From: Octopus sinensis
Lineage: Eukaryota
Direction of reading: 5' to 3'
Assembly (NCBI RefSeq): GCF_006345805.1
Contig: NC_043026.1
Span: 13,619,579-13,683,578 of the forward strand
Length of the DNA stretch: 64,000 bases
A program made the translations under genes and the position numbers. This document shows, in pieces, positions 11,443-23,776 of the stretch. The notes beneath the pieces were generated by a model. It saw only the letters and a program-made list of their open reading frames with translations. It was not told where the DNA came from and did no database searches. Position 1 is the stretch's first letter. The number at the start of each line of letters is the position of its first letter.

Positions 11443-12243
11443 GTTACCTAGAAATTATGTTAAAAACTGCTGTTCAAACCGAAAAGATCCATATCTTACA
11501 AACTATAGAATTTTCTCAATAAAGCCAAGAGAAAAAGATGTTTTATAAACACATTCTACCTGTATACGAAGTTTAAAAGTGTTTAGTTACGTGGAAATTA
11601 TGTTAAAAACTGCTGTTCAAACCGAAAAGATCCACATCTTACAAACTATAGAATTTTCTCAATAAAGCCAAGAGAAAAAGATGTTTTATAAACACATTCT
11701 ACCTGTATACGAAGTCTAAAATTCTTTAGTTACCTAGAAATTATGTTAAAAACTGCCGTTCAAACCGAAAAGATCCGAAAGTTAGGGGTAGGGTTAGGGG
11801 TGGGGGAAGGGTATCTTTTTTTCTTCACAAATGTAAATAAACCCAATCTGTTTCTTAAACGAGGGACATATTCATACGGCACAGAATGTTTTTTTTTTAC
11901 CTCAATGGACGTCAGTGATTGGTTGAAATTGCAGAAATGCAAGAAATTAAAGACCAAATATCTTACAAACTATAGAATTTTCTCAATAAAGCCAAGAGAA
12001 AAAGATGTTTTATAAACACATTCTACCAGAATACGAAGTTTAAAAGTGTTTAGTTACCTAGAAATTATGTTAAAAACTGCCGTTCAAACCGAAAAGATCC
12101 ATATCTTACAAACTATAGAATTTTCTCAATAAAGCCAAGAGAAAAAGATGTTTTATAAACACATTCTACCAGAATACGAAGTTTAAAAGTGTTTAGTTAC
12201 CTAGAAATTATGTTAAAAACTGCCGTTCAAACCGAAAAGATCC
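11443..12243. repeat. Unclassified dispersed element with tandem ~143-bp subunits and a ttaggg-like tract
   Basis: Repeated ttacctagaaattatgttaaaaactgccgttcaaaccgaaaagatcc units; related copies at ~40340-40665 and ~63500-63850. Confidence 0.75.
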
Positions 12244-12312
12244 CTTCTTTTTAGGTTTACACCAATTGCATTTCCCCTCTGCAAGCTCACCATAAAACAG
12301 TAGTTGGTATAT

Positions 12313-13340
12313 ATACAGGATGCGGTGGATAAATTGTCATCTAAATTTCATAAAATGAAAATAACACTGACATCTCATTTTAAGAGATAAATATACCAAA
12401 ATTACATAAAAATATCTTGAAATACTAATGAGTAAATTTATTCAATGAAATCGCCATTGGCTTCAACTACAACTCCAGACAACTTCAGAATTTCCTGCAA
12501 CGCTTCTGGACAGTCTACTTGTTGAAGTTGTTGAATGCTACCATAGGCGCAGGACTGGCTGTGTGGTAAGTAGCTTGTTTACCAACCACATGGTTCCAGG
12601 TTCAGTCCCACTGCGTGGCACCTTGGGTAAGTGTCTTCTACTATAGCCTCGGGCCGACCAAAGCCTTGTGAGTGAATTTGGTAGACGGAAACTGAAAGAA
12701 GCCCGTTGTATATGTATATATATATATATATGTGTGTTTGTTTGTGTGTCTGTGTTTGTCCCCCTAGCATTGCTTGACAACCGATGCTGGTGTGTTTACG
12801 TCCCCGTCACTTAGCGGTTCGGCAAAAAGAGACTGATAGAATAAGTACTAGGCTTACAAAAAAATAAGTCCCGGGGTCGAGTTGCTTGATTAAAGGCAGT
12901 GCTCCAGCATGGCCGCAGTCAAATGACTGAAACAAGTAAAAGAGTAAAAAGAGTAGAGAGTATAATCCTTGCCTTCAGTTTATCTTTGGTGTTACAAGGA
13001 GTTTTGCTGGTCCCTCACTCAGCTACGCTCCACACCTAATAACGGAGGGGTTTGCAGTCTGGGGAGTTGGGTGGCCAGATGTTAGGGATGGCGTGGTTCC
13101 AGAGAGTGAGTGTTCAAAGCTACCGTACCTTCGTAATCGCCATTAGATTCATCCAATTCGTTCCAAGTCCTCTGCACTGTCCTCATATAGACACCCAAAC
13201 GCTCTGAAATTTTCATATTAGAGCTTCCAGCACAGATGCCAAGCAGTACAGCATGTTGTTTCCAAATTTCTGGCAGTGAAATTGCGTCATGGTGCTGTTT
13301 TTCTCACAGACAGTGCCCGACTGACCCTACTATACTGTGT
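12313..13340 (-). mobile_element. Degenerate mariner (maT/DD37D-like) transposase remnant interrupted by a SINE A copy (12543-12960)
   Basis: Minus strand encodes IPNIWPPNSPDCKPL..VW and a C-terminal VVEANGDFIE*, with stops. Confidence 0.7.
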
Positions 13341-13540
13341 AGTCAACAAAATCAAAAAAAAAACTATGTGCATGCGTGAAATTAAATTATAAAAAGGCAA
13401 CAATTTATCCATCACACCCTGTGTGTGTGTGTGTGCTCCCTCTTGTTTACCACTTCCGCCTTTTCAGTATGTGACCTGGTGAAGACCACTTGCATTTTTT
13501 TTCCCTCTGTCCTCCCACCTCGGGATCTTTCTTTCTCTTG

Positions 13541-13576
13541 TGTTTCCGACGAAGAGCTCCGCTCGAAACGTCATAC
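13541..13576 (+). ncRNA. Degenerate minimal hammerhead motif within a ~250-bp pLTR-like repeat
   Basis: C(C)GACGA A GAGC-ucc-GCUC GAAAC GUC; U4 is mutated to C and helix I is poor. Confidence 0.5.
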
Positions 13577-13793
13577 CCTCCTTCTTCCCTTTTTTCCTGA
13601 GCGCCTAATAATACTTTATTTGTTCCACATCCTCGCGTTGTTGTCTTTTTGTTTTCTTGTTTGGATAAACTTTATTTATATGTATATACATACGTGGATG
13701 TATTTATGTAGGTGTGTGTGTAATATACATTACGCACACACATATCACACAATATTGTATCATTTTTATTAATTATCTTGTTTCCTTCTCCAG

Positions 13794-14026
13794 CCAATCA
13801 CTTGCAGACCTACCAGGACAAAGAATCGTCCTCTTCTCCTATGGTTCCGGCCTGGCCTCTTCCATGTTCTCCCTCCACATCACCCAGGACAATTCCAGTG
13901 GATCTTCCCTTGAGAAACTCTACCACTCGATAAGTGGCATCAGAACTCGGTTAGAATCTCGGGTGAAATTCAGTCCCAAAGAATTTGAGGAAACGTTGCA
14001 ACTCCGCGAGAAGACACATCATATCG
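13794..14026 (+). CDS. HMGCS1: HMG-CoA synthase internal exon (QSLADLPGQRIVLFSYGSGLASSMFSL...LREKTHHI)
   Basis: ttctccag acceptor, gtaggt donor; hallmark FSYGSGLA motif; phase 2 to 1. Confidence 0.97.
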
Positions 14027-14211
14027 GTAGGTTTTACATGGGCTGAAGTGTGTTTGTGTATACTGATATATGATAGAAGGATAGAAAATATTATATTTAT
14101 AAGCCCTAAAATTCACTTCATAATTGCCCATGGGCATATGGCGTAGTGGTTAAGAGTAGGGACTACTAACCCCAAGATTCTGAGTTCAATTCCAAGCATA
14201 ATGATAACAAC

Positions 14212-14500
14212 ATCATCATCATCGTTTAACGTCCGCTTTCCATGCTAGCATGGGTTGGACGGTTCAACTGGGGTCTGGGAAGCCAGAAGGCTGCACCAGG
14301 CCCAGTCAGATCTGGCAGTGTTTCTACAGCTGGATGCGCTTCATAATGTCAACCACTCCGTGAGTGTAGTGGGTGCTTTTTACGTGCCACCGACACAGGT
14401 GCCAGATGAGGCTGGTGAACGGCTATGCTCGGATGGTTCTTCTTACGTGCCACCGGCACGGAAGCACTGGTATCACAGCTACAATTTCCATTTGATGTTG
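14212..14500 (-). mobile_element. (GAT)n-tailed retroposon copy
   Basis: Same family as 55-380. Confidence 0.75.
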
Positions 14501-14645
14501 ATTCTGATTTCCACTTGCCTCAACAGGTCTTCACAAGTGGAACTTTGTGTCCCAACAGAGAAAGGACCTGAATAAAAATAATAATAACAACAACAACATC
14601 AAAAAATACCTTGGGAATGAGAATCCAGGTTCGAAATTTCCCCAA

Positions 14646-14690
14646 GACACCTGATGAAGGCTGGAAGGTATATCAGCTGAAACGTTGTGT
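14646..14690 (+). ncRNA. Minimal type I hammerhead motif (Penelope pLTR-like)
   Basis: GACAC / CUGAUGA A GGCUG-gaagguauau-CAGCU / GAAAC GUU / GUGU; palindromic AACGUU in place of a helix III loop. Confidence 0.62.
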
Positions 14691-14742
14691 TAACAACAAA
14701 GATGAGGGCAAATATCCATCAAATGTAAATAATGTGATGTAT

Positions 14743-15135
14743 GTGGCTGTGTGGTAAGTAGCTTGCTAACCAACCACATGGTTCCAGGTTCAGTCCCACT
14801 CACTGCGTGGCATCTTGGGCAAGTGTCTTCTGCTATAGCCCCAGGCTGACCAATGCCTTGTGAGTGGATTTGATAGATGGAAACTGAAAGAAGCCTGTCG
14901 TATATATGTATATATATATATGTATATGTATGTGTGTGTTTGTGTGTCTGTGTTTGTCCCCGTAGCATTGCTTGACAACCGATGCTGGTGTGTTTACGTC
15001 CCCGTCACTTAGTGGTTCGGCAAAAGAGACCGATAGAATAAGTACTGGGCTTACAAAGAATAAGTCCCGGAGTCGATTTGCTCGACTAAAGGCGGTGCTC
15101 CAGTATGGCCCTAGTCAAATGACTGAAACAAGTAA
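14743..15135 (+). mobile_element. SINE family A copy
   Basis: Family match. Confidence 0.8.
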
Positions 15136-16539
15136 AAAAAAAAAAAAAATGTATGGTTGTGTGTTTTAAACTGTGATTTTTTTTTTAATTGAAAAATATT
15201 AAAAAAATTTCTTTAAACTTGGAAAATTATAAAAAAAAAGGTTCTTTTTGTAATCTTATAAATTGCTGTGGGAAAATACAAATTTGCAAAAATTTTCTGA
15301 AAATTCCATAAAATCAAAAAACTATGAGGGTGTTCAATGGCAGGTTTGAAGCAAAATTCCACTGTTTAATTCAACCTGCTAGAAAATGTAGCCAAGTCTG
15401 CCGTAGGTAACATTGTTTGTGTGTATCATTATCTCCATATCTACTCACTCAGATTCCTTGTATAGTCACTCTTTACCCATCAGACTTATTCCTCGGTGAA
15501 GATTTCAGGGTGTAGGTTCAAATCCTGTAAGTGCAACTAAGCGTTTTCTATACCAAGAATCTCTGGATCTTATCTGTTGACTCTATGTATGTATGTGTGT
15601 GTGTGTAATATATATGGTAAGTAGCTTGCTTGGAGGCACAATCCCACTGCGTGGCATCTTGGGCAAGTGTCTTCTGCTATAGCCCCGGGCCGACTAATGC
15701 CTTGTGAGTGGATTTGGTAGATGGAAACTGAAAGAAGCCTGTCATTATATATATATAATTACACACAACAGGATTCTTTCAGTTTCTGTTTACCAAATCC
15801 ACTCATGAGACTTTTGTCAGCCTGAAGCTATTGTAGAAGACACTTACCCAGGGTGCCACATGATGAGGCTGAACCCAGAACCATGTGGTTGGGAAGCAAT
15901 CTTTTTACCACACAGCCACACCTGCACCTATAAAAAAGCACATGGCCAGATGTTTGTTCATGGTGACCCCATTTGTCATCCCATCTACTGAAAGAAACCC
16001 TGTGGGGTGTGATGAGAACGGTGACATCATGTGCAGACCTAACCAGTTGGAAGCACAGTAAATTATAAGTTTCATCTGTCACATATATTTCAAACCGTGC
16101 AGTTCTGCAACAGGATTGAATAGTCGTCTGAGAGGCCATGGGCAGAAGGTCAGGAATGCCATTGACGATGCAAAAGCTCAATCTGGCACTTTCTCCTTTA
16201 GTTATGGCAACGAGGGTTCTTGTTGTTCTGGTCAGTGGGACAGCCTGCTCATGAAATTAATATACATATGGCTGAGTACTCCACAGACACATGTAGCTTT
16301 AATGTAGTCCACAGGGAGAATTGGCGTGATACAGTGTTGCAAGGCTGGCCCTTTGAAATACAGGTACTACTCATTTTTGCCAGCTGAGTGGACTGGAGCA
16401 AATAAAGTGTCTTGCTCAAGGACTCAGTGCATTGCCAGGAATTGAACTCATGACAGAGAGAATGCCAGATTGAGCCATTTGCTCAGATGATTTCTGTCCC
16501 CTAGTGCTTTTGCATTGTCAGTGGCATTCCTGGCCTTCC

Positions 16540-17130
16540 TATTTCTTTATTGCCCCCAAGGGGCTAAACATAGAGGGGACAAACAAGGACAGACAAATGG
16601 ATTAAGTCGATTATATCGACCCCAGTGCATAACTGGTACTTATTTAATCGACCCCGAAAGGATGAAAAGCAAAGTCGACCTCGGCGGAATTTGAACTTAG
16701 GACGTAACGGCAGGCGAAATACCTATTTCTTTATTACCCACAAGGGGCTAAACATAGAGGGGACAAACAAGGACAGACAAATGGATTAAGTCGATTATAT
16801 CGACCCCAGTGCATAACTGGTACTTATTTAATCGACCCCGAAAGGATGAAAAGCAAAGTCGACCTCGGCGGAATTTGAACTTAGGACGTAACGGCAGGCG
16901 AAATACCTATTTCTTTATTACCCTCAAGGGGCTAAACACAGAGGAGACAGACGGATTAAGTTGATTATATCAACTTCAGTGCGTAACTGGTACTTAATTT
17001 ATTGACCTCGAAAGGATGAAAGGCAAAGTCGACCTCGGCTGAATTTGAACTCAGAACGTAACGGTAGGCGAAATACAGCTACGCATTTCACCCGGCGTGC
17101 TAACGTTTCTGCCAGCTCGCCGCCTTAACC
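16540..17130 (-). mobile_element. SINE family B tandem array (~3 units)
   Basis: Repeated ctatttctttattacccacaaggggctaaac...gaaatac units; one head (ccagctcgcc) at the right end. Confidence 0.85.
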
Positions 17131-17268
17131 ACCACAAATAATAATACCAATACTAACATCACTACCACCATCAATTCTACCATCAACACCAACAAAGCTA
17201 ATATCTGTTTCTTTATTACCCACAAGGGGCTAAACATAGAGGGGACAAACAAGGACAGACACATGGAT

Positions 17269-17496
17269 TAACCCTTTAGTGTTCGCATTATTCTGCCAAA
17301 ATTAATGCTTTTTTCATCCACTTTGTTTTGAACTAATCAAGCATTATCTTGTAGCTTTGAGATTTTGATGGGCTTGCTGTTAATTTTTAAAACGATATTG
17401 TAGGGTTGGTGTGAGAGACCAGCTCTGGCCAGTTTGAACATAAAACAGGCAGAATACTTTTGGCCGGATATGGCCGGTTTAAATGCTAAAGGGTTA
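17269..17496. mobile_element. piggyBac-like MITE (family 2)
   Basis: ttaa-ccctttag...ctaaaggg-ttaa; related copies at ~950-1310, 18480-18690, 25965-26640, 38080-38303. Confidence 0.8.
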
Positions 17497-18035
17497 AGTC
17501 GATTATATCAACCCCATTGCGTAACTGGTACTTATTTTATCGACCCCGAAAAAATGAAAGGCAAAGTCAACCTCGGCGGAATTTGAACTCAGAACATAAA
17601 AGCAAACGAAATATTGCTAAGCATTTCACCCGGCGTGCTAACCCTTCTGCCCATGACCTCTCATACAACTATTCAATCTTGTTGCCGAACTGCACAGTTT
17701 GAAATATATGTGACAGATGAAACTTATAATTTACTGTGCTTCCAACTGGTTAGGTCTGCACATGATGTCACCGTTCCCATCACACCCCACAGGGTTTCTT
17801 TCGGTAGATGGGATGACAAATGGGGTCACCATAAACAAACATCTGGCCATGTGCTTTTTTATAGGTGCAGGTGTGGCTGTGTGGTAAAAAGATTGCTTCC
17901 CAACCACTTGGTTTTAGGTTCAGTCCCCCTGCGTGGCACCCTGAGCAAGTGTCTTCTACAGAAGCTTCAGGCTGACGAAAGTCTCATGAGTGGATTTGGT
18001 AAACGGAAACTGAAAGAAACCTGTTGTGTGTGTAT

Positions 18036-18257
18036 ATACTCTTTACTCTTTTACTTGTTTCAGTCATTTGACTGCGGCCATGCTGGAGCACCGCCTTTAA
18101 TCGAGCAACTCAACCCCGGGACTTATTCTTTTGTAAGCCCAGTACTTATTCTATTGGTCACTTTTTGCCAAACCGCTAAGTGACAGGGACATAAACACAC
18201 CAGCATCGGTTGTCAAGCAATGCTAGGGGGACAAACACAGACACACAAACACACACA

Positions 18258-18309
<52 letters not shown>

Positions 18310-18476
18310 TATGACAGGCTTCTTTCAGTTTCCGTCTACCAAATCCACTCACAAGGCATTGGTCGGCCCGAGGCTATAGTAGAAGACACTTGCCCAAGAT
18401 GCCACACAGTGGGACTGAACCCGGAACCATGTGGTTGGTAAGCAAGCTACTTACCACACAGCCACTCCTGCGCCTA
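18036..18476 (-). mobile_element. SINE family A copy
   Basis: Family match. Confidence 0.85.
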
Positions 18477-18814
18477 CAAAACATTATTTTTTATATCTGT
18501 CGGTCAAAAGGTAAACATCCTGAATTACTCATGAATTATCTTGTAGCTTCGAGATTTTAATGATGTGGTTGTTTATTTTTGGGCTGGCATTGTAGGGTAG
18601 GTGTGAGAGGCAAGATCTAGTCAGTTTGAGCATAAAACAGGTAGAATGTTTGGGCCAGATAGGGGCCAGTTTAAATACTAAAGGGTTAAAAATTGAAGTC
18701 TATGCATGTAAATGCAGGAATTAAATAGGCTAGGCACTGGCATGGCTATGTGGTAAGAAGCTCGCTTCTTAACCACATGGTTCTAGGTTCAGTCTTACTG
18801 CTTGGCACCTTGGA

Positions 18815-19185
18815 AGCACTCCGTCAGTTACGACGACGAGGGTTCCGGTTGATCCGAATCAACGGAACAGCCTGCTCGTGAAATTAACGTGTAAGTGGCT
18901 GAGCACTCCACAGACACGTGTACCCTTAACGTAGTTCTCGGGGATATTCAGCGTGACACAGAGAGTGACAAGGCCGGCCCCTTTGAAATACAGGTACAAC
19001 AGAAACAGGAAGTAAGAGTGAGAGAAAGTTGTGGTGAAAGAGTACAGCAGGGATCACCACCATCCCCTGCCGGAGCCTCGTGGAGCTTTTAGGTGTTTTC
19101 GCTCAATAAACACTCACAACGCCCGGTCTGGGAATCGAAACCGCGAGTCCGCTGCCCTAACCACTGGGCCATTGCGCCTCCACTG
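18815..19185 (-). mobile_element. tRNA-Arg-like SINE family C
   Basis: Reverse complement of 23777-24160; head ggcgcaatggcccagtggttagggcagcggactcg...gtttcgattccc. Confidence 0.85.
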
Positions 19186-19618
19186 CTTGGCACCTTAGGC
19201 AAGTGTCTTTTACTATAGCCTCAGACCAGCCAAAGCTTTGTGGGTGGATTTAGTTGATGGAAACTGAGAAAAGCTTTTGTTATGTATTTGTGTGTGTGTG
19301 TGTGTGCATGTCTTTGTGTCTGTTTTTATCATCACCAGCACCACCCCCACTGCTTGGCAACCGGTGATGGTATGTTTACATCCTTGTAACTTGACAGTTC
19401 AGCAAAAAGAAACTGATAGAATAAGTACCAGGCTTTAAAATATTCAAGTACTGAAGTCAATTCTTCAGGGCAGTACCCCAGCATGGCCGCAGTCTAATGA
19501 CTGAAGCAAGTAATTAATAAAAGATGCTACACGTTTTTGTCTTCAGCATGTGTTTGATACGTGTTCCGACCATGGCCATCCTGTCTATTTCTCTCTGTTT
19601 TTTTTTTATCTATGGCAG

Positions 19619-19770
19619 CTCCATATGTTCCTATTGGATCCACAGATCACCTGTACCCTGGCACTTGGTACCTGACTGAGGTGGACGATAAACATCGACG
19701 GAAATACGCACAGAAGCCTGCCTCTCCTCTTTGTGATGGTCACGCTAACATGGAGCAGCACATGGCACAG
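19619..19770 (+). CDS. HMGCS1: HMG-CoA synthase internal exon ([33 protein letters not shown]...)
   Basis: ggcag acceptor, gtaact donor; conserved GTWYLxxVDxKHRRxY C-terminal motif; phase 1 to 0. Confidence 0.95.
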
Positions 19771-19993
19771 GTAACTAAGGACAGACTTACTACTACTTTT
19801 ACTACTAACAGCACCATCAGTACTATTACTACTACCACAACTACTACTAATACTAACACCAGCATCATTATTATTACTACTACCACCTCCACTACAACTA
19901 CCACCACCTCATTATTGTGAAGTGAATTTCTCAGCCTCTCAACAATGCTAGTGTTGTGTGTGTGTGTATGTATATATATATATATGTATGTAT

Positions 19994-20029
<36 letters not shown>

Positions 20030-20223
20030 ATAATAATAAATATTAGGGAATAAATCCAAATTTACAGGGAAAAATCAGATTTAGGATTAAATCCAATTTT
20101 ATAGTAAAATATTATAAAATATTATTAGAGACAAAACCACTATTTTGCAAAACAAACAAGGAAAGACTTAATCAATACATAAAATTTTAATAAATAGTCA
20201 AAAAAACCGTTTTGTCTCTAATA

Positions 20224-20279
<56 letters not shown>

Positions 20280-20281
20280 TA

Positions 20282-20331
<50 letters not shown>

Positions 20332-20904
20332 TCTCTCTCTTTATTTGCTCTTTATTCCTTTCTGCTGAAGAGCAAAGGCTCAAAATGTTAAAGACTTTTT
20401 CAATTTTCCTCTATATATACCCCTTTCAAGCATTCCCTTTTGGAGGGGATTTTTTGATAAAGTTTAGTTCTGCCTGAAAATACATTAGTATAATACTTGC
20501 AAATTAACAATTTCAAAAGTCAATCAGTAAATACAATACACATACACATATATATATATACACACATATACACACATGTATATATACATTTCGTTCTTTC
20601 CACTATTCTTTCTTTCATTCCCCCTCTCTCACATTTCCTGGCTTTTTCTTCATTCTCACCCTCCCTCCTCTTCCACTTCACTCTGTCCCTTTTCTTTTTT
20701 TCTCGTCCCTCCCTAATTCTTCTATCCCTCTGCCTCTAAATCTTCCTCTTCTCTCTCCATGTGACGGTGTTCCACCAAGCCTGACCTTTCTTTCTTGGTT
20801 TGACCCCCATCCATGCAACATCTATATTCCTCCCTATGCCTGTAATCTCTTTTGTCCCTGCCATAGGCTTCACTTCCACAAGCACCAGCTTAATTTAATT
20901 CATC

Positions 20905-21905
20905 CATATTCTGAACGCCTTACTTCCCTGGGCATGGATACATTAAAACTCCGACGTCTGGCAGCTGACTTGGCAGACACCCATAAAATTATTAACCATC
21001 TTACAAACAATAACTCTGAGCACCTTTTCAAACTCCACCCGTCTAACACCCGTGGACATATTTACAAAGTCAGAAAACAGCACAGCTCCCATGACTTTAG
21101 GAAACATTTTTTTCATGCTAGGAGTTGCTGAAGCATGGAACAAACTGCCGGCATCAGTTGTTAGTTGTCAGAGCACTGCATCCTTCAAAACTTCCATGCT
21201 TCCTGAGATTCGCCAACACTACACCAGATTTTCTCCCCTCCATACTCACGCAAGCATGTATCAGACTCACACACTGTTTGCTTTCCAGACATTTGTACAT
21301 TACTGCATATGCAGACACCCATAAAATTATCAACCATCTTACTAACAATAACTCTGAGCACCTTTTCAAACTCCACCCGTCTAACACCCGTGGACATATT
21401 TACAAAGTCAGAAAACAGCACAGCTCCCATGACATCAGGAAGCATTTTTTCACGCTGAGAGTTGCTGAAGCATGGAACAAACTGCCGGCATCGGTTGTTA
21501 GTTGTCGGAGCACTGCATCCTTCAAAACTTCCATGCTTCCTGAGATTCGCCAACACTACACCTGATTTCCTCCCCTCCATACACACACAAGCATGTATCT
21601 GACTCATACATTGTTCACTTCCCAGACATTTCTACATTACTGCATATGCTTTATATGCACTTTCTGACAAATTGTGGTGCATCTGAGCACTGTATACAAT
21701 AATTTCATTATTATTATTATTATATTATTCGCCAACACTACACCTGATTTTCTCCCCTCCATACACACACAAGCATGTATCTGACTCATACATTGTTCGC
21801 TTTCCAGACATTTGTACATTACTGCATATACTTTATACGCACTTTCTGACAAGTTGTAGTGCACCTGAGCACTGTATACAATAATTTCATTATTATTATT
21901 ATTAT
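20905..21905 (+). mobile_element. 5'-truncated CR1-clade LINE 3' end with an internal 337-bp tandem duplication
   Basis: Translates to YSERLTSLGMDTLKLRRLAADL...SNTRGHIYKV...RKHFFTLRVAEAWNKLP, the CR1 ORF2 C-terminus; (TAT)n tail. Confidence 0.88.
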
Positions 21906-22324
21906 TAAGAAATGAGGGAAGGAGACCTCAATGTGGTCACTCTATATGCTAGAAATAATAGCCTAAATATAGTAAGGAAAGGGTTAAGAAGAAAAATAAA
22001 GAGCAGAAGAAATGAGGGAAGGAGACCTCAATGTGGTCACTCTGTATGCTAGAAATAATAGCCTAAATATAGTAAGAAAAGGGTTACTATAATCTCATGC
22101 TTTCTGAGATTCGCCAATACTACACCTGGACTCAAACATTGTTCGCTTTCCAGACATTTCTACATTACTGCATGTACTTTATACGCACTTTCTGACAAGT
22201 TGTGGTGCACCTGAGCACTGTATACAATAATTTCATTATTATTATTATTAGTCGAAAGACACCTGTTGTTAATGTCCTTATTAGCATTTATGTACCAATT
22301 CTCCTTTTTTTTTTATCTTTGCAG

Positions 22325-22351
22325 GGTTCCCAGAAAACAGCTACTGCATAA
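22325..22351 (+). CDS. HMGCS1: Probable terminal coding exon of HMG-CoA synthase (GSQKTATA*)
   Basis: Strong polypyrimidine acceptor (ctccttttttttttatctttgcag), phase 0, in-frame TAA; AATAAA at 22481 and 22536 downstream. The peptide is too short to confirm by homology. Confidence 0.7.
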   Translation, partial: GSQKTATA

Positions 22352-22480
22352 ACAAGAGATCATTGCTGCTGGTTTTTTTGTGGGGGGCTGTCATTCTTTG
22401 TATTAATATATTATAAAATACATACGATATATGTATATATATATATATATATGTAAAGGCAAGGTATATATCTATAACAC

Positions 22481-22541
22481 AATAAATACAAGGTATATGT
22501 ATGTATAGCATAATAACCATACAGTATGTTTATAAAATAAA
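22481..22541 (+). terminator. Candidate polyadenylation signals for HMG-CoA synthase
   Basis: AATAAA at 22481-22486 and 22536-22541, 130-190 nt after the stop codon; AATAAA is common by chance in this AT-rich DNA. Confidence 0.3.
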
Positions 22542-22636
22542 ACCTGCATTAATGTAATATATATGTATGTATGCATGCATGTATATATTATGTATGTATT
22601 ATACATATATAGATTATGTATATATATATATATATA

Positions 22637-22942
22637 TAAATTAGAAAAAAAAACACCATTTAGCAATTCAATAATGAAAAATTAAATTATACCATTTCGA
22701 AAAATTACGTATTATAGAAAGATTAAATATAAGATAAAACGTATAACAATGATTAAATAATGTGCAAAATAATAAATAAAACGTATATATTTATTTATTA
22801 TTTATTATTTTGCACATCACTTAATCATCGTTATGTTTTATCTTATATTTAATCTTTCTATAAGGTGTAATTTTTCTAGATGGTATAATTTAATTTTTCA
22901 TTATTGAATTGATAAAAGGTGTGTTTTTTTTTTTCTAATTTA
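22637..22942. repeat. Imperfect ~305-bp palindrome (arms ~145 bp) between (TA)n runs
   Basis: taaattagaaaa...tgtgcaaaataataaata mirrored by tatttattattttgcaca...ttttctaattta. Confidence 0.85.
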
Positions 22943-23776
22943 TATATATATATATATTATATTTTGTGAAATTTGATTTGGTATTTCTAAATTGAATTTT
23001 TCCCTGTAATTTTGGAATAATATTCCCTCATATTATTATTATTATTATTATTATTATTGTTGTTGTTATTATTATATATAATACATATTCATGTATTGTA
23101 TATGTGTATGCAAGATGTGTGTGTGTATGTGTGTTTCGTAGAATAAAAACTAGGAAGTCCTTGGTATAACATTATATATTTGAGAAAATAAAAATAATTT
23201 TTCTGCTTTAATAATTAGATATTTATATAGGTGCAAGAGTGGCTGTGTGGTAAGTAGCTTGCTTACCAACCACATGGTTCTGAGTTCAGTCCTGCTGTGT
23301 GGCACCTTGGGCAAGTGTCTTCTACTATAGCCTTGTGAGTGGATTTGGTAGACGGAAACTGAAAGAAGCCCGTCATATATATGTATATATATAAAACAAA
23401 GTGGAGTTGTGGGGTACCGCACAATTAATCAGTCTGTAAATGAACCTTTACAAATTCTTGTTTATTAAGTTTTTCTTTTAAATTTCCTAATTACTCCAAC
23501 TGTAACTCTTTAGCATTTAGACTGGGTATATATATATCTGGCCCAAATATTTTCCCTGTTTTATGTTGAAGCCGACCAGTTTTGGCCTCTCACCCCAACC
23601 TTACAATCTCATTCCAAGAATAACCAGCCACATCACTGATATCTCGAAGCTACAAGATAATTCATGATTAATTCAAAGCAATATGACTAAATAAGCATTA
23701 CATTTGACAGAGTAATCCCCCTCTCTCTTTCGGAGAGGCATTGAGCAGCTATACGCACACATACACACAATTCTGC

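Noticed and set aside
11767-11795. Telomere repeat-like ttaggg tract as an interstitial telomere
   Set aside because: Only 2-3 imperfect units, embedded in a dispersed repeat that is also present at 40.3 and 63.8 kb.
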